A stretch of 64,000 nucleotides of DNA, taken from the NCBI GenBank assembly GCA_963555995.3, contig OY821641.1:2464001-2528000 (forward strand), in the 5' to 3' direction. A program made the translations under genes and the position numbers. Below, piece after piece: positions 8,898 through 18,972 of this stretch. The number at the start of each line of letters is the position of its first letter. Positions within the stretch are counted from its first letter, which is position 1. This DNA comes from Vicinamibacteria bacterium. GTDB lineage: Bacteria; Acidobacteriota; Vicinamibacteria; Marinacidobacterales; Marinacidobacteraceae. The notes under the pieces were generated by a model. The model saw only the letters and a program-made list of their open reading frames with translations, was not told the origin of the DNA and made no database searches.

Positions 8898-9356
8898 TCA
8901 AAAGGCGTCGCGGCGGATTCGGACGACCGGTGGGCGCAGCGCGGCCCGCAGGCGGGCCAGGACACGACGCGAGCGGACCGCCGGGAACCAGACCTCCACC
9001 ACGTCCATGCGGAGCCGGGACCCCGGGGGGATCCGCTTCCGGGAGGACTCCCGCCGCCACATCCGGGCGGCGGAGCGGCGGATCCGGCGGCGCTTCTCGC
9101 GGTCCACCCGCTCCGCCGGGTCGCCGAAGCCGCCGCGCCGGGTCTTCACCTCGACGACGGCGAGCGTCTGGCCCTCCCACGCCACGATGTCGAGTTCCGC
9201 ATCGCTCCGGCGCCGCCCCGGACGGTAGTTCCGGGCCACCACCCGGTAGCCCGAGCGGCGGAGCGCCCGGGCGGCGATCCGTTCGCCGCGCGCGCCGAGC
9301 CTCAGGTGGGCGGCGCGTCTCCGGAGTGGCCAGCGGACCCTTCGCCGCCAGGCCAT
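8898..9356 (-). CDS. yraN: YraN (UPF0102) family nuclease-fold protein
   Basis: LGARGERIAA, RVVARNYR, ELDIVA, VVEVKTR, RMDVV. Confidence 0.9.
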   Translation of the reverse strand: MAWRRRVRWPLRRRAAHLRLGARGERIAARALRRSGYRVVARNYRPGRRRSDAELDIVAWEGQTLAVVEVKTRRGGFGDPAERVDREKRRRIRRSAARMWRRESSRKRIPPGSRLRMDVVEVWFPAVRSRRVLARLRAALRPPVVRIRRDAF

Positions 9357-9366
9357 GACCTCCGGA

Positions 9367-10794
9367 TCAGTCCCCGCGCCGCCGCCAGATGGTGCCGGAA
9401 GGCGAGTCCTCGAGGAGGATTCCGCGCGCCGCCAACCCGTCGCGGATCTCGTCGGCGCGGGCGAAGTCCCGGCGTTCGCGGGCTTCCTGACGCTCCCGGA
9501 TCAGCGCCACCAGGTCGGGCGGCTCCTCCGCATCCCCGGCGGCCTCCCGCCCGGAACTCATCTCGAAGCTGCCGAAGACCGAGTTCATCCGGCGGATCGC
9601 CGCCGCCCACCCGGCCGCCTCGGCGGCGCCTCCGGGCGAACGGAGCGCCCGGTTGCCCTCCTTGAGGGCGATGAACACTTCGGCGAGCGCCTTCGAGGTG
9701 TTCAGGTCGTCGTCGAGCGCTTCCTCGAAGCGGATGAGCGCCTGGGCGGCCTCCGCCGGGAGCGCGGCGTCGTTCCCATCGGCAGCCTCGTCCGAGCGCC
9801 GTAGGAAGTCGTCCACCCGGCCGATGGCCGCCGCGGCCTGCCGCAGGCCTTCCTTCGTGAAGTTGAGTTGCTGCCGGTAGTGGACTCCCGCCAGCAGGTG
9901 CCGGATCGCGGCGGGCGCGTAGCCCTCGTCCAGCAGTTCCCGAACGGTGAACTGGTTGCCGAGCGACTTCGCCATCTTGCGGCCGTCCACCAGCAGGTGC
10001 TCGCAGTGGAACCAGTGGCGCACGAAACGCTGCCCGGTCGCCCCCTCACTCTGGGCGATCTCGTTCTCGTGGTGCGGGAACACGAGGTCCACGCCGCCGC
10101 AGTGCAGATCGAAGCCCGAACCCAGCAACTCCAGCCCCATCGCCGAACACTCCAGGTGCCAGCCCGGTCGGCCGTTTCCGAAGGGCGCCTTCCAGACGGG
10201 ATCGCCGGGCTTCGCCGCCTTCCAGAGCACGAAGTCCTGGGCGTCCTCCTTGTCGTACTCGTCGGAATCCACCCGGGCGCCGGCCAGCCGGTCGGACGCC
10301 GCCGCCCCCGAAAGCTGTCCGTAGCCGGGAAAACCCCCGACCCGGAAGTAGATCGAACCGCCGGCTTCGTAAGCGATTTCGTTCTCGAGCAGGCGTTCCA
10401 CCAGCCGGATCATCGCCTCGACGTACCGGGGATCGGTGGCTCTCGGGTAGTGCTCCACGCGTTCGATCCCGAGTGCGTCGGCGTCCTCGAAGAACTGCTC
10501 GATGTAGCGCGTCGTGTAGTCGCGCAGCGGCTCCCCCGCCTCGGCGGCCCCCCGGATGGTCTTGTCGTCCACATCGGTGAAGTTCATCGCCTGGACGACC
10601 CGGTACCCCTTGAAGCGCAGGAAGCGGCGAAGAATGTCCTGGGCCACGAAGAACCGGAAGTTCCCGATGTGGCCCCGGGCATACACCGTGAGTCCGCAGG
10701 TGTACATCCGCACCTCGTCGGCGCTCTTCGGCTCGAACGGCTCGACCCGGCCCCCGAGCGTGTTGCGGAGCCGGAAAGTGCTCTTGTCGGGCAT
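9367..10794 (-). CDS. cysS: Cysteine--tRNA ligase
   Basis: MYTCGLTVY..HIGN, DFVLWK, GRPGWHLECSAM, FPHHENE, KMAKS; start moved to ATG 10794. Confidence 0.97.
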   Translation of the reverse strand: MPDKSTFRLRNTLGGRVEPFEPKSADEVRMYTCGLTVYARGHIGNFRFFVAQDILRRFLRFKGYRVVQAMNFTDVDDKTIRGAAEAGEPLRDYTTRYIEQFFEDADALGIERVEHYPRATDPRYVEAMIRLVERLLENEIAYEAGGSIYFRVGGFPGYGQLSGAAASDRLAGARVDSDEYDKEDAQDFVLWKAAKPGDPVWKAPFGNGRPGWHLECSAMGLELLGSGFDLHCGGVDLVFPHHENEIAQSEGATGQRFVRHWFHCEHLLVDGRKMAKSLGNQFTVRELLDEGYAPAAIRHLLAGVHYRQQLNFTKEGLRQAAAAIGRVDDFLRRSDEAADGNDAALPAEAAQALIRFEEALDDDLNTSKALAEVFIALKEGNRALRSPGGAAEAAGWAAAIRRMNSVFGSFEMSSGREAAGDAEEPPDLVALIRERQEARERRDFARADEIRDGLAARGILLEDSPSGTIWRRRGD

Positions 10795-10804
10795 GGGGAT
10801 CCGC

Positions 10805-12625
10805 TCAGACGGCGACCTGCCGGTCGCGGCGTTTGAGGACGACCAGGGTGAGGTCGTCACGTAGCGGACTGGGTCCGGAGAAGGCCCGGGCCCGCGAAAG
10901 CAGGTCACCGCAGATGTCGCGGGCGCTCATCGAGCGGGCGGCGATCAGCGCGTCCACGATGCGGGCGTCATCGAAAAGGCTGCCCGCCGGGTCCTCCGCC
11001 TCGCTCAGGCCGTCGGTATAGAGCGCCACCAGATCGCCGGGACCGAGCTCGCAGGCGCCCACCTCGGTGGCGATCTCCGGGAAGAGGCCGAGCACCGTGG
11101 AGCCCCGGTCCAGACGCTCGACCGAGCCGTCGCCGCGGACCAGTACCGGGTGCACGTGCCCCGCGTTCAGGTAATCGAGCCGGCCGGTCGCGGGTTCGAG
11201 CCGGGCGAGGACGGCGGTCATGTAGCGGCTGTCTTCGGTGTTCTGGTGGAGGTGGTGATTCAGGTCCTTCATGGCGCTGGCGATCCCGGAATGCCCGTGC
11301 CGGAAGAAAGCGCGGAGCGACGCCTGGACCGAGGCCATGATGAGCGCCGGCCCGGCGCCCTTCCCGGATACGTCGGCGATCGTGATGAAGACGGCCTCGT
11401 CGAGGGTAAGGTAATCGTAGTAGTCGCCCCCGACGGAGAGACAGGGAATGTTGATCCCCCAGAGGTCCCACCCGGGATACTCGGGCGCCTCCGCCGGCAG
11501 GAAGCGGGCCTGGATCCGGCGGGCCACCTCGAGTTCCTTCTCCTTCTGAATCGAGGCGCGGGTGAGACGCAGGCTCTCGACCGCGGCCGAGGCCTGTCCG
11601 GTCAGCGAGTTCAGGAAGGCCCGGTCCGCCGACGAAAGCTCCCGGCCGAATCCGGCGGCGCCGAGGAAGAGCGTTCCCTGGACCGCGCCGGAGGCGAAGG
11701 GCACGACCCAGCCGATTTCCATCCGCGCGAGGTCGCAGGCGGTGGCCCGGTGCGCGAGATCGGCCGCCGGACGGATGTCGTGCTCGCCCGCCAGGACCTC
11801 GGCGGCGCGCACGAAGACGGCTCCGTCTTCGTCCGGGCGTTTCGGTCCCTTTGCGGCGACGACCCTTCCCCCGGCCACCACGGCGGCCCGGCTGGCCAGG
11901 ACGTGTCCCATGGCGCCGTGAAGCAGCAGATCCCAGACGGCCGCTTCGTCGCGGGCCCGGTGCAGGCCGGCCGTGAGGTCCATGAGCGAACGGAGCTGAT
12001 AGACGTGGAGCGACAGCCGCCGGTTGGCCACCCGCAACTCCTCGTCGCGCCGGCATTTCTCGAGGGCCGCCGACGCGGAGACCGAGAGCGCCTCGAGGAA
12101 GTCGGTCCGCGACCCGGCCAGGTCCGGATGCGGCTCGCCCAGCAGCAACACGCCGCAGAGTCCGTCGCGGGTGCGCAGCAGAGTCGCCGATGACGCTCCG
12201 GCATCGCGCATGAGCCCGCGAAAGGGCGCTGCCGCCGCGTCTTCTTCCGGATGTGCGCCCCCGGACCGCAGGACGAGCGCATCCGGCAGGAGATCCGGTA
12301 CTTCCCGTTGCAGTTCCTCCCAGCCGGGACTGCCGGCCCCCCGCCGGCTGGCCGGGCGCAGGACCCCCTCCCCGTCGGGCAGCAGCAGCCCCGCCCAGCG
12401 GGCGCCGGACTCGCCGAGCGCCACCAGCACGATGAGGGAGGCCACCTCGGAAGCGTTCAGCCGCTCGAACGCCGCCGCCCCGAAGTCGGTCAGGGCCAGG
12501 AGTTCGGACACCCGCCGTTCCAGACCGGGGTTCATGCCTCCGATGTGCTCCGCGACGAGCCGCTGGTAGCGCGTACCCGGCGAAGCCGACCCCGGCGCGG
12601 CGGTGAGGAGGGTGCGCGTGGTCAC
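10805..12625 (-). CDS. SpoIIE/RsbU-type PP2C phosphatase with GAF-like domains
   Basis: ELEVARRIQ, VGGDYYD, IADVSGKG, NAGH, YTDGLSE, DDLT. Confidence 0.92.
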   Translation of the reverse strand: MTTRTLLTAAPGSASPGTRYQRLVAEHIGGMNPGLERRVSELLALTDFGAAAFERLNASEVASLIVLVALGESGARWAGLLLPDGEGVLRPASRRGAGSPGWEELQREVPDLLPDALVLRSGGAHPEEDAAAAPFRGLMRDAGASSATLLRTRDGLCGVLLLGEPHPDLAGSRTDFLEALSVSASAALEKCRRDEELRVANRRLSLHVYQLRSLMDLTAGLHRARDEAAVWDLLLHGAMGHVLASRAAVVAGGRVVAAKGPKRPDEDGAVFVRAAEVLAGEHDIRPAADLAHRATACDLARMEIGWVVPFASGAVQGTLFLGAAGFGRELSSADRAFLNSLTGQASAAVESLRLTRASIQKEKELEVARRIQARFLPAEAPEYPGWDLWGINIPCLSVGGDYYDYLTLDEAVFITIADVSGKGAGPALIMASVQASLRAFFRHGHSGIASAMKDLNHHLHQNTEDSRYMTAVLARLEPATGRLDYLNAGHVHPVLVRGDGSVERLDRGSTVLGLFPEIATEVGACELGPGDLVALYTDGLSEAEDPAGSLFDDARIVDALIAARSMSARDICGDLLSRARAFSGPSPLRDDLTLVVLKRRDRQVAV

Positions 12626-12658
12626 GGCGGGGCCGGCGCTCTGATCGTGCGCACGGGG

Positions 12659-13135
12659 TCAGGATTCCGACCCGGGCGACGGCGGACGGGAACGCGGGCG
12701 GTTCCGCTCGAGAACCCAGCAGCAGACGCCCGCCGCCAGTTCCTCGTGGACGACGTGATCCATGAGCCGGCGCATCAGATGCACCCCCAGGCCGCCCCGC
12801 CGCCGCTCGCGCGCCAGGCGTCCGAGGTCCACTCCGGCCGGCAGGCTCTTGGGCGCGGCACCGCGGTGTTCCAGCTCGATCCGCAGCGCCTCGGGCCCGG
12901 GCCGGAAACGGAGCCGCACCGCGTGACCCGGCTCGCCCCGGTAGGCGTGTTCGACCACGTTCGTCATCGCTTCGCTCACCGCCACCGCAATCTCATCCGC
13001 AACGGCAGGGTCGAAGTCCTCGGCGAGCGCTGCCCTCCGGGTCGCCTCGTGGACGAGGCTCAGGCACTCGCAGGTCGCCGGCACGTCCATCTCGAGCGGC
13101 GCCCGATCCGTCCCCAATGCCTCACGAACCTCCAA
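12659..13135 (-). CDS. RsbW-type anti-sigma factor / serine kinase (HATPase)
   Basis: AVSEAMTNVVEHAY, GGLGVHLMRRLMD; start uncertain. Confidence 0.9.
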   Translation of the reverse strand: MEVREALGTDRAPLEMDVPATCECLSLVHEATRRAALAEDFDPAVADEIAVAVSEAMTNVVEHAYRGEPGHAVRLRFRPGPEALRIELEHRGAAPKSLPAGVDLGRLARERRRGGLGVHLMRRLMDHVVHEELAAGVCCWVLERNRPRSRPPSPGSES

Positions 13136-13472
13136 AACTGAGAACCGCTTCCTCCTCGGTCTCGAAGGTGCGGCACAGCCGGTCGAAACCCAGGACCCGG
13201 AAAATGTGGGCCACGGTCCCCGTGAGCGCCGCCACCCGGATGTCCCCGCCCCCCGCGCGGGCCTCTTCGATGAGTCCCATGATCGCGCCGAAGCCGGCGC
13301 TCGCGACGTAGGACAGGTGGGCGCCGCTGATCACGATCCGCACGTCACCGGCCTCGACGAGTTCGTTGAGCACTCCCTCGAACTCGGCCACCGTGTGCGC
13401 GTTGATGAAACCCTTCGGTTCCACGACGGCCACGTCGGCGGCGCGGCGGGTGGCGACTTGAAGATCAGGCAT
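13122..13472 (-). CDS. STAS anti-anti-sigma factor (RsbV-type)
   Basis: LSYVASAGFG phospho-Ser motif, STAS length and pattern. Confidence 0.9.
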   Translation of the reverse strand: MPDLQVATRRAADVAVVEPKGFINAHTVAEFEGVLNELVEAGDVRIVISGAHLSYVASAGFGAIMGLIEEARAGGGDIRVAALTGTVAHIFRVLGFDRLCRTFETEEEAVLSFGGS

Positions 13473-14475
13473 GGGTGAGCGTCTCCGGTTCGGCGGTCCC
13501 CGCGGTTCGGGACCACGCCTCGGACGCGGGGAACGCAGCCAGGTCGCGGGCCTGCGCCACGTCGCGTTCCAGTTGCTGCCTGAGGGACTGCGGGCCGGGG
13601 AAGGCCCGCACCTCGCGCAGGCGGGAGAGGAAGCGCACCCGGAGGCGCAGCGCCTCGCCCGAGAATCCCAGCAGGTGCACCTCCAGCGAAGGCGAGTCGC
13701 CGAAGGTGGGCCGGGGTCCGTAGTGCAGCACGGCCCGGAAGAGCCCGTCTTCCGGGGAGGTCAGGACCGCATCCACCGCATAGACCCCGTGCGGAACCAG
13801 CACGTCCCCCTCGGGCGCCAGGTTCGCGGTGGGGAACCCGAGCCCCCGGCCCCGACCGCGGCCCGCGACCACCGGGCCGGCGATCTCGTAGAAGGCGCCG
13901 AGGAGGGCGGCCCCCGCTTCGACGTCCCCCTCGGCCAGCGTACGCCGGATCCTGGTGGAAGAAACAATCGCCCCGTCCCACGAGACGGACGGCGCCTCGA
14001 TCACCCGGAACCCGTGGCGGTCGCCGAGGGCGCGGAGGGTCTCCAGATCGCCCGCGCGGCCACGGCCGAACCGGAAATTCGCGCCCTGCACGACGGTGAC
14101 GGCCCCGAGCCGCTCCACGAGCAGCCGGGACACGAAATCGGCGGGGGAGGTCCGGGCCATCGCTTCGCCGAACCCGAGTACGACGAGGCGCTCCACCCCG
14201 GCGGCCGCGAGCCGCTCCGCCTTGAGCGCGAGACTGGTGATGGTCCGGGGAGCCCGGTCGGGACGGAGCAGGCGGGCGGGATGGGGATCGAAGGTCACCG
14301 CGACGCATTCGGCGCCGCGTCGCCGCGCCTCCTCCCGGGCGAGTTGCAACCCCGTCCGGTGGCCCCGATGGACTCCGTCGAAGTTGCCGACCGCGACGAC
14401 GGCCGGTCCCACCGGCCTGCCGGGGTCCGCCCCGTCCGGCGCGGGGGGCAGCTCGCGGAGACGCTCGATCTTCAT
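13465..14475 (-). CDS. ribF: Bifunctional riboflavin kinase/FAD synthetase
   Basis: GNFDGVHRGH, TFDPHP, SSTRIR, GFPTAN, LEVH. Confidence 0.96.
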   Translation of the reverse strand: MKIERLRELPPAPDGADPGRPVGPAVVAVGNFDGVHRGHRTGLQLAREEARRRGAECVAVTFDPHPARLLRPDRAPRTITSLALKAERLAAAGVERLVVLGFGEAMARTSPADFVSRLLVERLGAVTVVQGANFRFGRGRAGDLETLRALGDRHGFRVIEAPSVSWDGAIVSSTRIRRTLAEGDVEAGAALLGAFYEIAGPVVAGRGRGRGLGFPTANLAPEGDVLVPHGVYAVDAVLTSPEDGLFRAVLHYGPRPTFGDSPSLEVHLLGFSGEALRLRVRFLSRLREVRAFPGPQSLRQQLERDVAQARDLAAFPASEAWSRTAGTAEPETLTHA

Positions 14476-14939
14476 GCGTCGGGAGCCTTCGAGCGTTCCA
14501 TGTACGCCATCCGCAGTTGGTAGAGCGCCTGGGAGACGAGGCGGGCGTCGCCGGGAGCGAGGCGGCCCCGGGTCTTCTCCTCGACGACCTCCAGCAGGCC
14601 GATCACCGCCTGGAGTCCCTGGAGCGCTTCCGCCCGCTGTGGACCGGAGGCCGATCCGGGCTTGTCCGCACCTTCGGCGGTCTGCTCGAGCAGCATCGCC
14701 GCCTGCGAAAAGAGCAGGGAAACGAGCTGTTTGAAGCGGGGGTCCTCTTCGGGCCCCGGTCCCGGGGCCGGAGCGGATTCGGCGGGGGCCTCGGCCGCGG
14801 GCTTCGGTTCCGGCCCGAGCGAGGGAGCGTCGGCGGAGGGCTCGCTCCGGGGCTCAACGTCCGGACGGCGGGAACCGTCGGGCGCGAAGGCGCGCCGGTC
14901 CCTGACGACGATGCGCGGGGCTTGCTCCTCTTCACTCAT
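14472..14939 (-). CDS. DUF1844-like protein
   Basis: IVVRDRR N-terminus and IGLLEVVEEKTRGRL...LYQLRMAY, recalled DUF1844 pattern. Confidence 0.75.
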   Translation of the reverse strand: MSEEEQAPRIVVRDRRAFAPDGSRRPDVEPRSEPSADAPSLGPEPKPAAEAPAESAPAPGPGPEEDPRFKQLVSLLFSQAAMLLEQTAEGADKPGSASGPQRAEALQGLQAVIGLLEVVEEKTRGRLAPGDARLVSQALYQLRMAYMERSKAPDA

Positions 14940-15076
14940 CCGGGGTCCGGGCCGCGTCGGGTGGCGGCTCGCGTCCCGGAATCCTATTGTCCCGCCACCC
15001 GCTCCGCGAGCCGCCGGTGTCTTGAAACGGCGCGTGGACGCGGGGACAATGCCGGCGCGAACGTTCCGGCTCGCCC

Positions 15077-15784
15077 ATGAAGAACCCCGAAGAACCCTCC
15101 GCCGGCCCCGAGCCCGCGGCGGCCGGCGCCGCCGAGGTCGCCGCCCTGGTGGAGGTCATGGCGAAGCTCCGCTCGGAGGAGGGGTGTCCCTGGGATCGGG
15201 AGCAGACGTGGAACTCGCTCCGCCGCTACGTGCTCGAGGAGGCGTACGAGCTGGTGGACGCGGTGGACCGGGAGGATCCGGCGGCCGTCCTCGAGGAATG
15301 CGGGGACCTGCTGCTGGAGGTGGTCTTCATGGCCCAGATCGCCCACGAGGAGGGCCGGTTCGGGATGGCGGAGGTCGCCCGCGGCATCACCCGGAAGCTG
15401 ATCCGCCGGCATCCGCATGTCTTCGGAGGCCGGGACCGGGCCGCGGACGCCGGCGAAGCGTTCGCCCGTTGGGAGGCGATCAAGGCCGCGGAGAAGTCGG
15501 GACGCGAGGGCTCCGGGGACCGCCTGCCGCCGGGCCTCCCGGCGCTGCTGCTCGCGGTGAAGGCCGTCGAGCGGGCGGATGGGGCCGCGGACGGGAAGGA
15601 GGCGGACCGGGACGGCGTCCTTCCCGCCCTCGACCGGATGCAGGCCGCGCGCCGGGCGGGAGACCCGGACGCGCTCGAGACGGCGCTCGGCGACCTGCTG
15701 CTGGCGGTCGCGCGCGCGGCGCTGCGGGACGGACTGGACCCGGAGTCGGCGCTCCGCAACGCGGTCCGGCGGATCAACGGGTAA
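15077..15784 (+). CDS. mazG: MazG family nucleoside triphosphate pyrophosphohydrolase
   Basis: GCPWDREQT, EEAYELVDA, EECGDLL, KLIRRHPHVF. Confidence 0.93.
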   Translation: MKNPEEPSAGPEPAAAGAAEVAALVEVMAKLRSEEGCPWDREQTWNSLRRYVLEEAYELVDAVDREDPAAVLEECGDLLLEVVFMAQIAHEEGRFGMAEVARGITRKLIRRHPHVFGGRDRAADAGEAFARWEAIKAAEKSGREGSGDRLPPGLPALLLAVKAVERADGAADGKEADRDGVLPALDRMQAARRAGDPDALETALGDLLLAVARAALRDGLDPESALRNAVRRING

Positions 15785-15790
15785 CGCCAC

Positions 15791-18286
15791 TCAGGGCGGC
15801 ACGTCCCGGAACGCACTGATGGACATGCGGCCGTCCGGGGCGACGGTGACGGTCAACGCGCCGTAGCGATCGGTCCGATAGACCCGGGCGCCGCTCCGCC
15901 GGAGCCGCTCCAGGACCCCGGCGTCGGGAAGGCGCCGTCGGGGGTCGGCGCGGACCGAGACCAGCGCCACCTCGGGCGCCACCGCGGCGAGGAACTCCGG
16001 GGTGGTCGAGAACCGGCTGCCGTGGTGGCCGACCTTGAGCACGTCGGCCCCGAGCGCGGCGCCGTAGCGACCGAGCAGCACCCGCTCGGTCGCCTCCCCC
16101 GCGTCGCCGGTGAGCAGCAGCCGCCTCCCGGCGTAGTCCACCGCCAGCACCAGGGAACGCTCGTTGGGGTGTGCTTCCCGCTCGGCGCCGTGGTCGCCGG
16201 CGAGCAGCACCGAGAAGCGGGCGCCTCCCAGCTCGAACCGCTCGCCGACCCGGAGACGGCGCAGCGGGACCCGCCGCCGGGCGCGCTCCCCGTGCATCTC
16301 CCGGACGGCGGGCCGTGCGTCCTCCGCGGTTCCGCTTCCCTCCCAGACCTCGTCCACGCCGAAATTTCGGAAGACCGCCGGGAACCCCCCGACGTGATCC
16401 AGATCGCCGTGCGTGGGAACGGCGGCGCGGAGCCGCCGGTAGCCGGCGTCCGCCAGGAAGGGAGTGACGACGGCCTCTCCGGCGCTCCAGCCGCCGAAGG
16501 CGGTACCCGCGTCAAGCAGCACCACCCCGCCAGCCGGAAGCCCGAGGACCAGGGCGTCCCCCATCCCCACGTCGAGGGCCGTGAACCGGAGCGTCCCGTC
16601 GGCCGGCGCCCTGAGGGGCAGCGTGGAGACGGCCAGCAGCACCAGGGGGATGGCCGGGAGGACCCTCCGTCTGCTGCGGCGCTCCAGGAGGATGATCGCC
16701 GGCGCCAGCCAGGCCAGGAGCCACCAGAGCCCCGGCCGGGCCACGGGAAAGGCGCCGAACGGGAGCCCGGCGCCCCATTCGCTGAGCCGGATCAGGGTCT
16801 CGGCAGCGACCGTCAGCAACCAGCCCACCGCCTCCCCGGGGAGACCGGTCCCGGCAAGCGCCAGCCAGGCGAACCCGAGGCCGAGCACCGGCCCCGCCAG
16901 GAGGCCTGCGGGAACCGCCACCAGCAAGCCCCCGAAGACCACGCGGCCGAAGTGCCAGGCGACGATGGGGAAGGTGGCGAGCTGCGCCGCCAGCGTCACC
17001 CCGAGCGGAGCGAGGATCCAGGCCCGCCAGCGCGGCGCGGGGTCCCAGGAGCCGGCGGCCGGGTCCTCCGGGCGGAAGGCGGCGATGATCGCGAGGGTGG
17101 CGGCGAAGCTGAGCTGGAACCCCACGTCGAGCGCGTTCCACGGGGAATGGGCGAGCAGCGCCAGCGCCGCGAGTCCCAGCCCGTTCAGGGCGTGGCCGGT
17201 GAGACCCCGGCGCAGGCCGAGGATCACCACGGCCGCCATCAGCACCGCCCGGACCACGGAGGGACGCCCCCCGCAGAGCGCGGCGTAGAGCGGGAGCAGG
17301 AGGAGCAGCACGGTGAGCGCGGTCCGCCGCGGCACGCCGGCCAGCGCGAGCGTCCCGTAGACCAGCAGGCTCAACAGTCCGACGTGGAGTCCGCTCACCG
17401 CCATCAGGTGGAGCGTGCCCGCGTCGCGGAACGCCCGCTCCGTCTCCGGGAGCGCCCGCGCGCGGTCGCCGATGAGCATCGCGGTAACGACCCCCAGTAC
17501 GTCGTCCGGGAAGCCGCCACCCGAGAGGCGGTCCCGGATCCGGGACCGGACCCGCTGAAGGACCCGCCAGGGCGCGGGACCCGGCGCGATCTCGCGCACC
17601 AGCAGGCCGCTCTTGGTCGAACCGAAGAGGGCGACCGGACCCCGAATCTCCCGGCCGCCCGGATTCGCCGGCGGGCGCGGTTCGGAAACCCGGGACCAGA
17701 CCGCGATCCGCGCCCCCCGGGCGAGGCGCCGGAGGCGGCCCCGGTGCCCGCCCCCCACGCCGACCGAGACCTCGCCCTCGACCTCCCACGCCCCTCGGCC
17801 CGCGCCCAGCCGGTCCACCCGCAGCGCCAGCGAGGTGCGCCAGCCGGAGTCTTCCGGCTCCGCCCGGAGCACACCCTCGAGGCGGACGGGGCGGCTCAGG
17901 CGCTCGGTTCCCAGGCCGCGGACGGCCCGCGCCAGCGAGGACTCCGAACCGGGAACGGGGCGGGAAAGGACACCCGCGAGGAAGGCGGCGAGCAGGAGCA
18001 GGCCGGTCCTCGCGCCGGGACCGAGGCCGGACGGGCCGCGCACCCGGCGCTCGGCCAGGAGACCCGGGAGGAGCCCCCCGACCCCGACGAGCAGCAGCAC
18101 GGCCGGCAGGGGGCCGGATTCCGGCCCCGGATCGGGCATTGAGGCCGACGCGGCAATGCCTACCCAGAAGGCGGCGGCCAGCAGGAGGAGGGGCGCGGGC
18201 GCGGTTCCGCCGGGGGAAGGCGCCGGGGAGGAGCGGTCCCGCGGCTCGCTCCGGGCGCCGGGAGGGCGGGTACCGGTGCTCGCCAC
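15791..18286 (-). CDS. comEC: ComEC/Rec2 DNA uptake channel with metallo-beta-lactamase domain
   Basis: HLMAVSGLHVG, PSVVRA, GFQLSF, THGDLDHVGG, KVGHHGS; start set to GTG 18286 after the upstream stop. Confidence 0.93.
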   Translation of the reverse strand: MASTGTRPPGARSEPRDRSSPAPSPGGTAPAPLLLLAAAFWVGIAASASMPDPGPESGPLPAVLLLVGVGGLLPGLLAERRVRGPSGLGPGARTGLLLLAAFLAGVLSRPVPGSESSLARAVRGLGTERLSRPVRLEGVLRAEPEDSGWRTSLALRVDRLGAGRGAWEVEGEVSVGVGGGHRGRLRRLARGARIAVWSRVSEPRPPANPGGREIRGPVALFGSTKSGLLVREIAPGPAPWRVLQRVRSRIRDRLSGGGFPDDVLGVVTAMLIGDRARALPETERAFRDAGTLHLMAVSGLHVGLLSLLVYGTLALAGVPRRTALTVLLLLLPLYAALCGGRPSVVRAVLMAAVVILGLRRGLTGHALNGLGLAALALLAHSPWNALDVGFQLSFAATLAIIAAFRPEDPAAGSWDPAPRWRAWILAPLGVTLAAQLATFPIVAWHFGRVVFGGLLVAVPAGLLAGPVLGLGFAWLALAGTGLPGEAVGWLLTVAAETLIRLSEWGAGLPFGAFPVARPGLWWLLAWLAPAIILLERRSRRRVLPAIPLVLLAVSTLPLRAPADGTLRFTALDVGMGDALVLGLPAGGVVLLDAGTAFGGWSAGEAVVTPFLADAGYRRLRAAVPTHGDLDHVGGFPAVFRNFGVDEVWEGSGTAEDARPAVREMHGERARRRVPLRRLRVGERFELGGARFSVLLAGDHGAEREAHPNERSLVLAVDYAGRRLLLTGDAGEATERVLLGRYGAALGADVLKVGHHGSRFSTTPEFLAAVAPEVALVSVRADPRRRLPDAGVLERLRRSGARVYRTDRYGALTVTVAPDGRMSISAFRDVPP

Positions 18287-18297
18287 CGGCGGCAGGT

Positions 18298-18972
18298 CTA
18301 TTCGGTGAGTGGCCCCAGCCCGAAGAACTCGCCCACCCGCCGCCGGACCGCGCGATCGAACGTCGTCCGCCAGGTGGATTCCGGCATGCGCGTCCGAAAC
18401 GGTGCGAGTCTGTTGCGCACCTCGGTCTCGATCTCCTCGCGGGCGGCGTCGGGGAGGGCCGCCTGAAGACGAATCACAAGTTCGTTTTCGATCCTCCGGA
18501 CCGTTTCCCCGGCGCTCGCCGAGGCAGGGTTGGACTTGCCGAGCCGCTCGATCCGCGCGGCCGCGTCGCGGGCCGCGGCAACGAGATCGCCCGCCGCGTC
18601 CGGGTTCCTGAGGCGCCCGCCGCCGGGCGACCAACGCCGCAGCCGATCCACGAGCCGCTCGTGGCCGGCCTCGGCCTCCGGCGCCGTCTCGCCGGGGGTG
18701 GCGGCGCCGGCCCGCCGGACCCGCCGCGCGTCGAACGCGGCCTCGACCGCCCGGGCGCACTCGGCGAGCGGCATTCGGGAAGACACGCGGACCTTTCCCG
18801 AGAAGGTCGCCCGGATCCCGGAAAGGACCGCTTCCAGCGGAATCCGGCGCTCCTCCCAGCGGCGGACCACGTCCCAGTCGGCCGGACTCAGCACCAGACC
18901 GCCCCCGCGGAGATCGAGGAAGGCGCGTTCCACCGCCCGGAAGTAGTCGTCGGGGGCCGGCGGGGAGTTCAT
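18298..18972 (-). CDS. Hypothetical protein, N-terminus loosely DnaD-like
   Basis: ATGA overlap with birA; LSPADWDVVRRWEERRIPLEAVLSGI motif. Confidence 0.7.
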   Translation of the reverse strand: MNSPPAPDDYFRAVERAFLDLRGGGLVLSPADWDVVRRWEERRIPLEAVLSGIRATFSGKVRVSSRMPLAECARAVEAAFDARRVRRAGAATPGETAPEAEAGHERLVDRLRRWSPGGGRLRNPDAAGDLVAAARDAAARIERLGKSNPASASAGETVRRIENELVIRLQAALPDAAREEIETEVRNRLAPFRTRMPESTWRTTFDRAVRRRVGEFFGLGPLTE

